Positions 1 through 9,079 of a DNA stretch of 59,155 nucleotides are shown piece by piece. The DNA lies in NCBI GenBank assembly GCA_039648985.1, contig JBBWZJ010000208.1, forward strand, positions 1 through 59,155, in the 5' to 3' direction. This DNA is from Acidobacteriota bacterium (GTDB lineage: Bacteria; Acidobacteriota; Vicinamibacteria; Vicinamibacterales; 2-12-FULL-66-21). Each line of letters starts with the position of its first letter. Position 1 is the stretch's first letter. The notes under the pieces were generated by a model that searched no databases, had not been told where the DNA came from, and saw only the letters and a list, made by a program, of their open reading frames with translations. The translations under genes and the position numbers were made by a program.

Positions 1-12
1 TGGAGTCACTAA

Positions 13-1356
13 TCAGGATCGCATCAGTCGATGCACTTTGCCGACGATCAGGTCCTCGACGGCGTCGGTGAACGGGCCAGGACGCCCGTAGTAGATCATC
101 GCATCGCCCCCTTCGTACCCGCCTTCATGCAGGATCCGGAGCGAAGGCACGTATCCGAACACATCGTTCGAGTAGCCCGCGATCCAGAGCCGGCGGTTCG
201 GAAACTCGCGATTCAGGCGGATCGCGTAATCCACGACGACTTCTCCGCCCAGTGCGACCAGGGTGAGCTCCGTTCCAAAGCGCCAGACCTGGATGGGGTC
301 ACGCTGGACTGCCGGGAGGTGGCCGTCGCGTTTGATGATCGCCTCCATGAGGGCGGCGTGCCGCCGCAGGTAGACCGGATCGATATCGAGCCGGGCGTGC
401 CACCGCTCGCGCGCGGCCGACCCGGCGAACGGCAGATCGACGGTGCCATACGCGGCGTGCAGCGCCGGCGTGAGGGGAATCGCCTCAGGAAGCGCTCGAT
501 CGACGGCATCCGCGAGAGCCGTCCCATGGGCCTGGACCAGTTCGAGAGTGCCGCGCGGCTTCGGGTTGGCGTCGGCGCCACAGCCGATCATGAAGAGCGT
601 GGTCGTGCCGCGATGGCGAGCCTCGAGGGCGGCCTGGGCGACCCCGGCGTAGTCGCCGTGGTACTTGACGAACCCGTCCTGGAGCGTCGTGTTGTGACAG
701 GCGTACCCGAAGACGACCGCGAGTGGCGCCGTGTCAGCCGCGTCGACGCGCAGCACCGGCACGGAGTGATCGACGGGGCCGTCGGGGCTGAACGCGACCC
801 GCCTGTTCGCCGCGAACCCCGCTTCGCCGCGTGCATACGAGAGGCGGGCGGGCGCGAGCCGCGAGATCGCGACGCCGATTAGCGCCGTCAGCTGGTCTTC
901 GAGGCGGCTCGTGTAGTCCCGGATGGCTTGCCATTGCTCCGGCGACAAGTCATACGCGACAGACAGCTGCTCGTCCACGACCGGCCCGCAATGGGTATGG
1001 CTCGCGTTGAAGAGCAGGTGCGCGCGGGCGATGCCGAAGCGCCGCCGCACGTCCGCCGCCACACGGTCGGTGATACTGCGCGTGACGCCGAGAAGGTCCA
1101 CCGTTACCAGCACGGCCACCGGCGCCCCCGCAGCCTGAAGGGCAAGCGCCTTGGCATGGAGCGGCAGCGCGACTCCCTGCGACGCCTCCTTCCGGAGCGC
1201 GAAGCCCGCCATCCAGAGTGAACGATCCGGGGTGATGTCCACGGCGGCCACCCCCGCCTTCCAGCCAGGGCTCCCCCGCTGAGAGACAAACGGGGCAGGG
1301 GCGGCCAGCGTCCCCGCGACCGCCGCCACGAAGTCACGCCTGCTGATATCCGTCAT
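13..1356 (-). CDS. Neutral/alkaline ceramidase N-terminal-domain family hydrolase, Tat-exported
   Basis: 447-aa ORF; Tat motif SRRDFV; family motifs GVAAVDITP, ASHTHCGP, YACHNT; GGAGG RBS upstream. Confidence 0.8.
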   Translation of the reverse strand: MTDISRRDFVAAVAGTLAAPAPFVSQRGSPGWKAGVAAVDITPDRSLWMAGFALRKEASQGVALPLHAKALALQAAGAPVAVLVTVDLLGVTRSITDRVAADVRRRFGIARAHLLFNASHTHCGPVVDEQLSVAYDLSPEQWQAIRDYTSRLEDQLTALIGVAISRLAPARLSYARGEAGFAANRRVAFSPDGPVDHSVPVLRVDAADTAPLAVVFGYACHNTTLQDGFVKYHGDYAGVAQAALEARHRGTTTLFMIGCGADANPKPRGTLELVQAHGTALADAVDRALPEAIPLTPALHAAYGTVDLPFAGSAARERWHARLDIDPVYLRRHAALMEAIIKRDGHLPAVQRDPIQVWRFGTELTLVALGGEVVVDYAIRLNREFPNRRLWIAGYSNDVFGYVPSLRILHEGGYEGGDAMIYYGRPGPFTDAVEDLIVGKVHRLMRS

Positions 1357-1669
1357 GGGCCTCCGACATCCTATTACCTCCAGGACGCGGGTGCATTGGC
1401 TGGCTCACGCGCGGATGAATCGAAGACGGCGACGCAGGGGCTGAACGGCGGCTCCTCTCGCTCGCGTCCGCGCCCGGTTGATCGGCGCGCCCATTCATAC
1501 GCATCAGCCACGTGACCCACCAGGTTCAGCGGCGCCGGCGGCAGCGCACGTCGCCGAGCAGGCGAAAAGCTGCGCGAGCGTCTCGCGACAGATGTGTAAT
1601 TTTCTACCAAGCTCGTAATCGAATCGGGCACCGTCCTGCAGAAACGGCCCATTCACAGGCCCTCCGCGA

Positions 1670-1685
1670 CGGCATCCGCATTGCC
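1670..1685 (+). promoter_or_regulatory. Candidate sigma54 (-24/-12) promoter
   Basis: CGGCATCCGCATTGCC: GG-N10-GC with GGCA and TTGC, about 65 bp upstream of the 1749 ORF. Confidence 0.45.
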
Positions 1686-1748
1686 TTTGGTCGGACGGGC
1701 GATGACACAATTCACCACGGCGGCACGTTCTGAGGGATCGACGCGAGG

Positions 1749-1991
1749 ATGCCGATGATCGTGGACGCCTCCGCACGATTCGGCTGCCGGCACCGGTTCG
1801 TCGTCACGAACGAGGACGGGCTGATGCTGTTCGTGTGCGAGTCGTGTGGACATCGGACGGATCTGCTGCCGGTGCACCTGCATCCGGTGCGCGGCGAGGT
1901 CATCCCGTTCGCAGCACGCGTCAGTGCACCGGCGCCGGCCGCGGCGACGTCCCGGCCGCGCAGGTCCCGCTCGGGTCATCGCAGGGGTTGA
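1749..1991 (+). CDS. Small hypothetical protein, possible zinc ribbon
   Basis: 80 aa; CRH...CESC potential metal ligands; GAGG upstream; basic tail. Confidence 0.55.
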   Translation: MPMIVDASARFGCRHRFVVTNEDGLMLFVCESCGHRTDLLPVHLHPVRGEVIPFAARVSAPAPAAATSRPRRSRSGHRRG

Positions 1992-1996
1992 ACAAT

Positions 1997-2212
1997 ATGG
2001 GTCTTTTTCGCCATCCGCATCTTGTCCGCGGCATCGTGCACACGTCGGAAGGGGCGTTTCACATCGAGCGGGGGATCGCGGATGTGCCCGACGAAGTCGG
2101 TTCCGCGCTCGGCTGGACGCGCGTCGAAGACGAACCACCCCAGATGATCGAGCAAGTCCGGACAGGCTCCAAACCCGCCGACGCTCCCGCGCGCCACGCC
2201 GGCGCACTCTGA
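1997..2212 (+). CDS. Small hypothetical protein (71 aa, MGLFRHPHLVRGIVHT...)
   Basis: ATG 5 bp after the previous stop, in frame with track ORF 1835..2212; globular-looking N-terminal half. Confidence 0.55.
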   Translation: MGLFRHPHLVRGIVHTSEGAFHIERGIADVPDEVGSALGWTRVEDEPPQMIEQVRTGSKPADAPARHAGAL

Positions 2213-2229
2213 TTCCGGCCACGATATTC

Positions 2230-2253
2230 CGCGGAGCTAAAGCTCCGCGCTAC
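2230..2253 (-). repeat. GTAG-type REP palindrome
   Basis: Minus strand reads GTAG-CGCGGAGC-TTTA-GCTCCGCG; same family at 46013, 46056 and 51358-51518; lies between convergent genes. Confidence 0.8.
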
Positions 2254-2324
2254 GTACGGTCGGCGCGTCGTACGGTCGTTGGTACGTGCGGTCGTAGCGC
2301 CTGTTTGGGTGGCAGCGCGACGCG

Positions 2325-3212
2325 TCAGCCCGCCGGCATCGTGAACGTCCCCCGGACATACTCCACATTCGCCCGTGTATCCGCGATCAAATCGCCTGTT
2401 GGCGCGTCGGTTTCGAGGACGTACCATCCGCGATACCCGATGTCGTGATACTCCTGCGCCAGGCGCGGCCAGTCGAGGATGTCGCGGTCGCGCATCAACA
2501 TCGGCCCGTTCTTCACATGGACCTGGTGGATCCGCTTCCCGAGCCGGGTCGGCTCCCCGTACGGATCGTGCAGCCTCGATTTGATGTTGCGCGCGTCGTA
2601 ATACACCCCCACGAACTCCGACCCGATCGCGTCGAGGAGCCGCAGGTTGTCCTCGGCGGAAATCCAGTCTTCGAGCGCGACAACCACGCCAGCCTTCTCC
2701 GCATACCGCGCCACCTCCTTCATCATCGCGACGAACGTGTCGACCTCGCGCTGGTTCGTCATGGTGATGTGGCTGTCGCCCAGGATCGGCAGCAGGATGT
2801 TCGTCGTCCCGAGCGCGCTGGCCACATCGACCGCTTCGACGAGGAGGATGGCGGCCGCCGGGTTCGTATGCAGCGGCAGCCGGGATTTGCCGGGAGAACC
2901 GATCGCGAGCGAGCAGATCTGCACGCCGTTGTCGAGAGCGGCCTGTTTGAACGCCGCCTGGGTCGCCGGCTCGCGGAGATGGGGGCTGCCGTCAGTCGGG
3001 AACGTGAGGCTGACCTGAATTCCGTCGAGGCCTATCTCGCGCGCAAGGGCGATCTTCGTTACGTCGCCCCGCTTTCCGAGATTCCAGTCCGTCATCCCAA
3101 TCCGCAGCGGCGGCGATCCCGAGCGCTGCGCCTGCCCATGGCCCAGGAGGGAGGGCAGCACCGCCGATGCCATTCCCGCCGTCGCGACGAACTCACGCCT
3201 TGTCATCTCCAT
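2325..3212 (-). CDS. Sugar phosphate isomerase/epimerase (xylose isomerase-like TIM barrel), Tat-exported
   Basis: MEMTRREFV Tat motif; GGAGG RBS supports start 3212; ALED, YYD, HVKN, VLE metal-ligand pattern. Confidence 0.85.
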   Translation of the reverse strand: MEMTRREFVATAGMASAVLPSLLGHGQAQRSGSPPLRIGMTDWNLGKRGDVTKIALAREIGLDGIQVSLTFPTDGSPHLREPATQAAFKQAALDNGVQICSLAIGSPGKSRLPLHTNPAAAILLVEAVDVASALGTTNILLPILGDSHITMTNQREVDTFVAMMKEVARYAEKAGVVVALEDWISAEDNLRLLDAIGSEFVGVYYDARNIKSRLHDPYGEPTRLGKRIHQVHVKNGPMLMRDRDILDWPRLAQEYHDIGYRGWYVLETDAPTGDLIADTRANVEYVRGTFTMPAG

Positions 3213-3346
3213 AGGGCCTCCTGCGGCCGTTGATAACACGTCCGGCGCGGATGGCTGACACAATTCTTTCATCGCACGTCAGCCGCAGCTTTGCTATGTT
3301 CAGCCGCAATGGTTCGCTTTTCGGTATCCCGTTCTCGAGGGCTCTG

Positions 3347-4372
3347 ATGAACTTGAAATCGATCGTGGCGCTGATGGCGTGCGGCGCGGTGGCCCACCTC
3401 GCCGCCCAGGGCACTCCGGCGGGCTCTGTGCTCGTGCTCGCCAAGTCGGATCGGACGCTCTCGGTCGTGGACCCGGCCACGCTTCAGGTCACGGGCACGG
3501 CCCCCTCAGGTCCGGACCCGCACGAAGTGGTTGTCTCGACGGACGGTCGCGTCGCGTACATCTCGAACTACAACGGCGGCGCCAACATCGTGACGGTCAT
3601 CGACATGACGTCCATGAAGCCGCTTGCGCCCATCGACCTTGGCCCGCTGCGGGCGCCGCACGGTCTCGCGTTCGTCGGAGGCAAGCTGTGGTTCACGGCC
3701 GAAGCGGCGAAGGCCATCGGCAGCTATGACCCGGCCGCGGCCAAAGTCGACTGGGTGCTCGGCACCGGCCAGAACCGCACGCACATGATCTTCGTGTCGC
3801 CCGATCTCAAATGGATGGTGACCTCGAACGTGAGCTCCGCGACCATGACATACGTCGAAAAGACCGCGGGTGGCGCGGGACGAGGCGGCGGCGGACCCGG
3901 GCGGGGACCCGGCGGCCAGGGCGACTGGGAGGAGACCGTAATTCCCGTCGGACGCGGCGCGGAAGGGTTCGACGTTTCGCCCGATGCTAAGGAGCTCTGG
4001 GCGGCGAATGCTCAGGACGGCACAATCTCCGTAATCGATCTGGCGACCCGCCGAGTCACCCAGACGATCGCGGCGGGGGTGAACGGCGCGAACCGCCTCA
4101 AGTTCACGCCTGACGGCAAGCTGGTGCTCGTGTCCACCCTGAGCGGCCCCGATGTCTTCGTCTTCGACGCGAGCACCAGGAAGGAAGCCAGGCGGATCCC
4201 GGTCGGACATGGCGCGGCAGGCATCCAGATGCAACCCGACGGAGCCCGCGCATACGTCGCGTGCACGCCGGATGACTACGTGGCCGTGATCGACTTGAAG
4301 ACGTTGGCGGTGGCAGGGCGCATCGTGGCGGGCAAGCAGCCCGACGGCCTGGCGTGGATCGCACACCGCTGA
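3347..4372 (+). CDS. YncE/YVTN-type beta-propeller protein, secreted
   Basis: Signal peptide MNLKSIVAL...AAQ; repeated SPDG/TPDG and VIDL blades; GAGG RBS. Confidence 0.85.
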   Translation: MNLKSIVALMACGAVAHLAAQGTPAGSVLVLAKSDRTLSVVDPATLQVTGTAPSGPDPHEVVVSTDGRVAYISNYNGGANIVTVIDMTSMKPLAPIDLGPLRAPHGLAFVGGKLWFTAEAAKAIGSYDPAAAKVDWVLGTGQNRTHMIFVSPDLKWMVTSNVSSATMTYVEKTAGGAGRGGGGPGRGPGGQGDWEETVIPVGRGAEGFDVSPDAKELWAANAQDGTISVIDLATRRVTQTIAAGVNGANRLKFTPDGKLVLVSTLSGPDVFVFDASTRKEARRIPVGHGAAGIQMQPDGARAYVACTPDDYVAVIDLKTLAVAGRIVAGKQPDGLAWIAHR

Positions 4373-4409
4373 CGAGCGTGCGAACGGAGGCTCCCGGTCG
4401 CCGCGCGCC

Positions 4410-4721
4410 TCAGCGCTGATGCGCGAGGACGGTCAGCACGTGGAGCCAGGGTCCGACGGCAACGACCATGTACACAGTGGCGAGGCCGGCGATGACCCGA
4501 TGGTAACCAGCCTGGTAGAGAAACGTCGCGCAGCCGCATGCGACGAGCTTGGCGCCGAGGAGGGCTGGCCCGGGTCCGAGGATCGCGATCCAGGCCGCGA
4601 GCAGCGGGTTCCCCTCCGCCAGGGGTCCGAAGACCGCCACGGCCTGAAAGGTGATGAGTCCGTCCGCAAGCTGCAGGACGAGAAAAACCGCCAGCACGAG
4701 CCGCGTCGTCAGGTGCTTCAC
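4410..4721 (-). CDS. DUF5658-like small membrane protein
   Basis: Hydrophobic helices with LQLADGLIT and AEGNPLL motifs; GTG start inferred (track start 4790). Confidence 0.7.
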   Translation of the reverse strand: MKHLTTRLVLAVFLVLQLADGLITFQAVAVFGPLAEGNPLLAAWIAILGPGPALLGAKLVACGCATFLYQAGYHRVIAGLATVYMVVAVGPWLHVLTVLAHQR

Positions 4722-4763
4722 TCGCCGGGTCCCGTTCCGCGCGTCCGCATGCCTCAGCAGTAA

Positions 4764-4779
4764 AGCAATAGCTCGGCCC
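4764..4779 (-). promoter_or_regulatory. Candidate sigma54 promoter
   Basis: Minus strand GGGCCGAGCTATTGCT, GG-N10-GC, about 45 bp upstream of the DUF5658-like gene. Confidence 0.35.
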
Positions 4780-4934
4780 CCCATTTCCACCTGGTTTACG
4801 CCTGATTTCGAGGGAATCGCTCCGGATATCGCGCGACGGGAAGACTAAAGAACGCCGGGGCGACAACCGGAGGAAGCTGTGCAATACTGAATACACTCGC
4901 GCGTGCGGTGTGCCTTACCACCGGAGACTGCCAG

Positions 4935-5321
4935 ATGCATGGTCGGGTCCTGATCGTTGACGACGACGAGGCATGCCTGTCGGGCATGAAGCAGCTGGTC
5001 GAAATGGCCGGCCACGAGGCGGTCGCCGTCACCACGTTCGAGGAAGGCCGGCGAGTTCTGCGCCACGGCGCACCCGACATGCTGATAGCGGACGTCCGGC
5101 TGGGCTCCTTCAACGGCCTGCAACTCATCGCCACGAGCGCCTTGAACATCCCCGTCATCGTGATTAGCGGTTTCGACGACGTAGTGCTGCAGGCCGAGGC
5201 ACGGGCGATGGGCGCGGACTATCTCGTCAAGCCTGTCTCCCCCGCCATTCTGATGGAGCGAATCGAACAGAAGCTCGCCGAATACCGGCTGTCGGTCCCG
5301 CCACAGCGGCCGGTTGCCTGA
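4935..5321 (+). CDS. Single-domain response regulator (receiver)
   Basis: VLIVDDD, phosphoacceptor IADVRL, ISG, LVKP; GGAG RBS; no output domain. Confidence 0.9.
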   Translation: MHGRVLIVDDDEACLSGMKQLVEMAGHEAVAVTTFEEGRRVLRHGAPDMLIADVRLGSFNGLQLIATSALNIPVIVISGFDDVVLQAEARAMGADYLVKPVSPAILMERIEQKLAEYRLSVPPQRPVA

Positions 5322-5448
5322 TCCGCGACGGCCAGCCGAATTCTTCTTTCGTCCTTCCTCCGGGATCACGTAGCATCTTTCGAACGCCGTCGTTATTCAG
5401 ACAGAGGGGTACCCGCCGCGGACTCTCCGGCCAACCACTCCAGGAGCC

Positions 5449-5676
5449 ATGGAACTGCCGAAAACTGTGGAAGCGTGTCACGCGATGATCCAGGAACTGC
5501 TCGACGAGAACGCCTCGCTGCGGCAGTCGGGGGCCTCATTCGGGCGCTTGGCGGAACGGCTGAACTCGGAGCTCCAGGAGGAGCGCCGCAACGGCCGCGA
5601 GCGTCGCCTCGCCCGCCACGGCGAAGACCGGCGGGGCGACGCTCCCCCCGACCGGCAGGGCAGCGCGAGCCGCTGA
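5449..5676 (+). CDS. Small coiled-coil hypothetical protein
   Basis: AGGAG RBS; 75 aa; shares a 38-aa motif with the 9080 protein. Confidence 0.75.
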   Translation: MELPKTVEACHAMIQELLDENASLRQSGASFGRLAERLNSELQEERRNGRERRLARHGEDRRGDAPPDRQGSASR

Positions 5677-5714
5677 GGGCCGTACCTCATCGCCGGCCCG
5701 GCTCCCAGAGTCAC

Positions 5715-6530
5715 TCAACGCCGCGTGGCGGACCACGTGGACGCACGGCCACCCACCACCGTTCCCTGAATCGCATTCCCCGCGACGTGACCCGTGTACT
5801 TCGCGCCGCCCGCGGTGAATGTCATCTCGCTCCCCCGCATCGCTCCATCGGTTATCGGTGTCCCTCCGAGGGATCCCGAAAGCTTCTGGAACTGCTGCGT
5901 GAGCACCAGGTCCTGGTCCCCCACCCGCCACGTCCCCTCGACCTTTGCCGGCACGACCCAGAAGAGAGCGGTGCACCAGGTCGTGCACCCCTCGGTCACT
6001 GTGGCCGTCTCGTCGGGCTGCCAGTCGTCCATCGTGAACGAATTCGACACGATGCGCGTGCCGGGCGCGAGACCGAGCAGCGTCGGACGGAGCTTCAGGT
6101 TCAGCTGCGGCAGCAGGAACAGCGTGATGACCGTCGCCTTCGAGAAATCGCTCTCGAAGATGTCGGCCTTGACGAAGGTCGCCTTGTCAGCCACGTTCGC
6201 CGCGGCCGCATTGCGCCGGGCGAGCTCCACCATGTCGGGGTTGTATTCGATCCCGAGTGCGCGCACGCCGCGCCGCGCCGCGGTGATGACCGTCCGGCCG
6301 TCGCCCGACCCCAGATCGATCAGGTAGTCCTGCGGCGTGACCTTGGCCATGTCCAGCATCTTGTCGACGAGGGCCTGTGGCGTCGGCACCCACACGACAT
6401 CCTTGCCCGCCTGCCCCACTTTTGGTTCGAACGGCGCCTGCGGCGTCGCGGCCGCCTGCGCCCCGGCCGCAGCGGCGACGAGCCACATCGAGATCGTCAG
6501 TCCGGGCCATCGACTCACTCGTCCGATCAT
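5715..6530 (-). CDS. Class I SAM-dependent methyltransferase with signal peptide
   Basis: DLGSGDGR motif I, GIEYN, KADIF; N-terminal Sec-like signal ending AQA; GGAGG RBS. Confidence 0.88.
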   Translation of the reverse strand: MIGRVSRWPGLTISMWLVAAAAGAQAAATPQAPFEPKVGQAGKDVVWVPTPQALVDKMLDMAKVTPQDYLIDLGSGDGRTVITAARRGVRALGIEYNPDMVELARRNAAAANVADKATFVKADIFESDFSKATVITLFLLPQLNLKLRPTLLGLAPGTRIVSNSFTMDDWQPDETATVTEGCTTWCTALFWVVPAKVEGTWRVGDQDLVLTQQFQKLSGSLGGTPITDGAMRGSEMTFTAGGAKYTGHVAGNAIQGTVVGGRASTWSATRR

Positions 6531-6688
6531 GATTGCCTCCCGCGTGAGACACGCGCGACGTGTGACAGTGCGGCACTGCGAACGTGCTACGTTCTGGGCT
6601 CAGTCTACGGAGATCGGCGCCCAAAAGTCTAAAGCCGCCGGCCGCTGCGATCCGCCGGACTGCGCCGCTCCTGAAAGGACCCGCTGCC

Positions 6689-8245
6689 GTGAGACGACGA
6701 CGCTTTCTGAAGGAGACCGCCCGCGCGGCCGCGGCGCTCGCCGTAGCAGGCCCGCTCGGGCCCACGCGCACGGCACTGCGCATCGACGAGGCCGCGGACC
6801 CGTCGATTGCCGTCGACCCGACGCCGGCGTTCGAGCTGTCGCCGTACCTGTACATGCAGTTCATGGAGCCGCTGGGCGCCACGGACGGCTCCGTCGAAGC
6901 GGCGTGGGATCACCTTCGCGGTGCGTGGCGCGAGGACGTGCTCGACGTGACGCGCGATCTCGCGCCGACAATGATCCGGTGGGGCGGGATCTTTTCGGAT
7001 TACTACCGCTGGCGCGAGGGCGTGGGCCCGCGCGCCGCGCGGCAGCCGATGATCAACCTGCTCTGGGGCGGTATCGAGTCGAACCAGGTGGGCACGGGCG
7101 AGTTCGTCGACTTCTGCAGGGCCGCCGGAGCCGAGCCGCTGGTGTGTGTCAATTTCGAGTCGGACGGCCGGCGACAATACATGAACGCGGGCGGCAGCGT
7201 CCGCACGGCGGACGCCAGGGAAGCCGCCGGGTGGGTCGCCTACTGCAACGCCGCCGCGAGCCCCGAACGCGCCGCGCACGGTCGGGCCGCTCCGTTGAAC
7301 GTCAGGCACTGGCAGATCGGCAACGAAACGTCCTACGACCGGAACGGGTTCGACCTCGAGACAGCCGCCCTCAAGACCGTCGGGTTCGCGACGGCGATGC
7401 GGCAGGCCGATCCCGCACTCCGGCTGATCGCCTGGGGCGACAGCGGGTGGGCCGCACGGATGGCGGAGATCGCCGGCGAACACGTGCAGTATCTCGCGTT
7501 CCACCACATGTTCGATCCCGACGATCCGGCGCACCCCGTGCTCCGAGGCGAGCTGTACCGGCACGATCCTGACGCCACCTGGGCGCAGTTGATGAAGGCC
7601 TGGGAGATCACGGACGCGAAAATTCGCGGGATGCGCGACGCGCTCGGCGGCCGGTCCCTTCCGCTCGCGCTGACGGAGTGCCACTTCACGATCCCGGGAC
7701 GCCACCGTGGTGACGTCCTCTCGACCTGGGCGGCGGGCGTCTCATACGCCCGCATCCTCAACAACCATCAGCGGCACGGCGCCGTCCTGAAGATTGCCAC
7801 GGCGGCGGACTTCTGTGGAACCCGCTGGCAGAACAACGCCGTTATGATCCCGGTGCCGAGGGGAAACAACCGCGCGTACCTTCAGCCCGTCGCGCGCGTG
7901 ATGCGCCTGTACCGCGCGCACATGGGCAGCCACGCCGTCCGGGTCACCGCCGCACCAGACGCGCTCGACGTCGTCGCCAGCCGGCGCGACGACACGCTGT
8001 TTGTCCACGTGGCGAACACGCGGCGGACGGCGTCCGTGCGTGCCGCGCTGGCGGTGCAGAATCGGCAAATCAGGAGCGGCCGCGTGTTCCAAATCGCTGG
8101 CGACACGACCGAAGAAGTTTCGTATCTCAACAGCGGCGACGTGATGATCACGACCGAACGGGCGTTCGAACGAGGGGGCGCGTGGGAATTTCCTCCCGCC
8201 TCTGTGTCCGTCCTCGAGCTGCAGCTTTCGCCTGCCCTGCCCTGA
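6689..8245 (+). CDS. Alpha-L-arabinofuranosidase (GH51), Tat-exported
   Basis: RRRRFLK Tat motif; RWGG, WQIGNE (acid/base), LTEC (nucleophile); C-terminal FPPASV; AAAGGA RBS before the GTG. Confidence 0.85.
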   Translation: MRRRRFLKETARAAAALAVAGPLGPTRTALRIDEAADPSIAVDPTPAFELSPYLYMQFMEPLGATDGSVEAAWDHLRGAWREDVLDVTRDLAPTMIRWGGIFSDYYRWREGVGPRAARQPMINLLWGGIESNQVGTGEFVDFCRAAGAEPLVCVNFESDGRRQYMNAGGSVRTADAREAAGWVAYCNAAASPERAAHGRAAPLNVRHWQIGNETSYDRNGFDLETAALKTVGFATAMRQADPALRLIAWGDSGWAARMAEIAGEHVQYLAFHHMFDPDDPAHPVLRGELYRHDPDATWAQLMKAWEITDAKIRGMRDALGGRSLPLALTECHFTIPGRHRGDVLSTWAAGVSYARILNNHQRHGAVLKIATAADFCGTRWQNNAVMIPVPRGNNRAYLQPVARVMRLYRAHMGSHAVRVTAAPDALDVVASRRDDTLFVHVANTRRTASVRAALAVQNRQIRSGRVFQIAGDTTEEVSYLNSGDVMITTERAFERGGAWEFPPASVSVLELQLSPALP

Positions 8246-8357
8246 GATCGCGCGCGGCCTGCGCAATCGGCTACCATGTCGCGGGGCGGGAGCGGCCTGA
8301 GGCCGGTGCGCGCTTCCGCGGGGGCCCGGCGTCAACCTCCCCCCGATAATCCAGCAG

Positions 8358-8801
8358 GTGAAGTTCCGCATGACCGTCAACGAGGCTCCGCGCAAGCCGC
8401 CTGTCGTCCTGGTCGTGGACGACGAAACGGCGATCGTCAGTGCATTCACTGAGACGCTGCAGCTCGATGGCTACGAGACCGTGCCAGCGCTCAGCGCCGA
8501 AGCCGGGTTGCGCCTGCTGGACGACGGCTTGATGCCGGATGCCGTGCTGCTCGATCTGCGGATGCCCGGGATGGGCGGATTGGGATTTCTGCTGTCGCTG
8601 CGTGCGCACCCGGAGCGGCGCCAGATTCCCGTCGCGGTGGTCACGGCCGACACGCACCTCGACGACACGGCGCAGCAGGCCGTGCAGGCCCTCGGCGCGC
8701 AGCTGTGCTTCAAGCCGCTGACCATGCAGGACGTGCTGTCACTCGCGGCGGCGTTGATCGCTCCGAATCCCAGGTTCCAGAACCGCCGCGTCGTTCACTG
8801 A
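8358..8801 (+). CDS. Single-domain response regulator (receiver)
   Basis: VLVVDDE, LLDLRMPGMGG, VVTAD, FKP. Confidence 0.9.
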   Translation: MKFRMTVNEAPRKPPVVLVVDDETAIVSAFTETLQLDGYETVPALSAEAGLRLLDDGLMPDAVLLDLRMPGMGGLGFLLSLRAHPERRQIPVAVVTADTHLDDTAQQAVQALGAQLCFKPLTMQDVLSLAAALIAPNPRFQNRRVVH

Positions 8802-9049
8802 CGCGGCCCTGCGACGCTGCGTCCTCCTCACCCTCGCCGCCTGATGGCGGACTCGCGGAGCGGCTCGGGCGACCGATCTGCACGTCCCGCAACCCCGTCC
8901 CCACGACTCACCCGTAACGACAACAACGGACTCTAACGAACTTGCACATCGGTGTACGTTTGTCCCGTTTAGGAACATCCTTGCTCCGGTGGGAATTCGG
9001 CGGAACGCATAACGCGTGCGTTCTCACTCATTTGCGGACGTCTGTCAGC

Positions 9050-9065
9050 CGGACCGTTCCTTGCT
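9050..9065 (+). promoter_or_regulatory. Candidate sigma54 promoter
   Basis: CGGACCGTTCCTTGCT, GG-N10-GC; TCCTTGCTCCGG is repeated at 8978. Confidence 0.35.
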
Positions 9066-9079
9066 CCGGGGTGACCACC

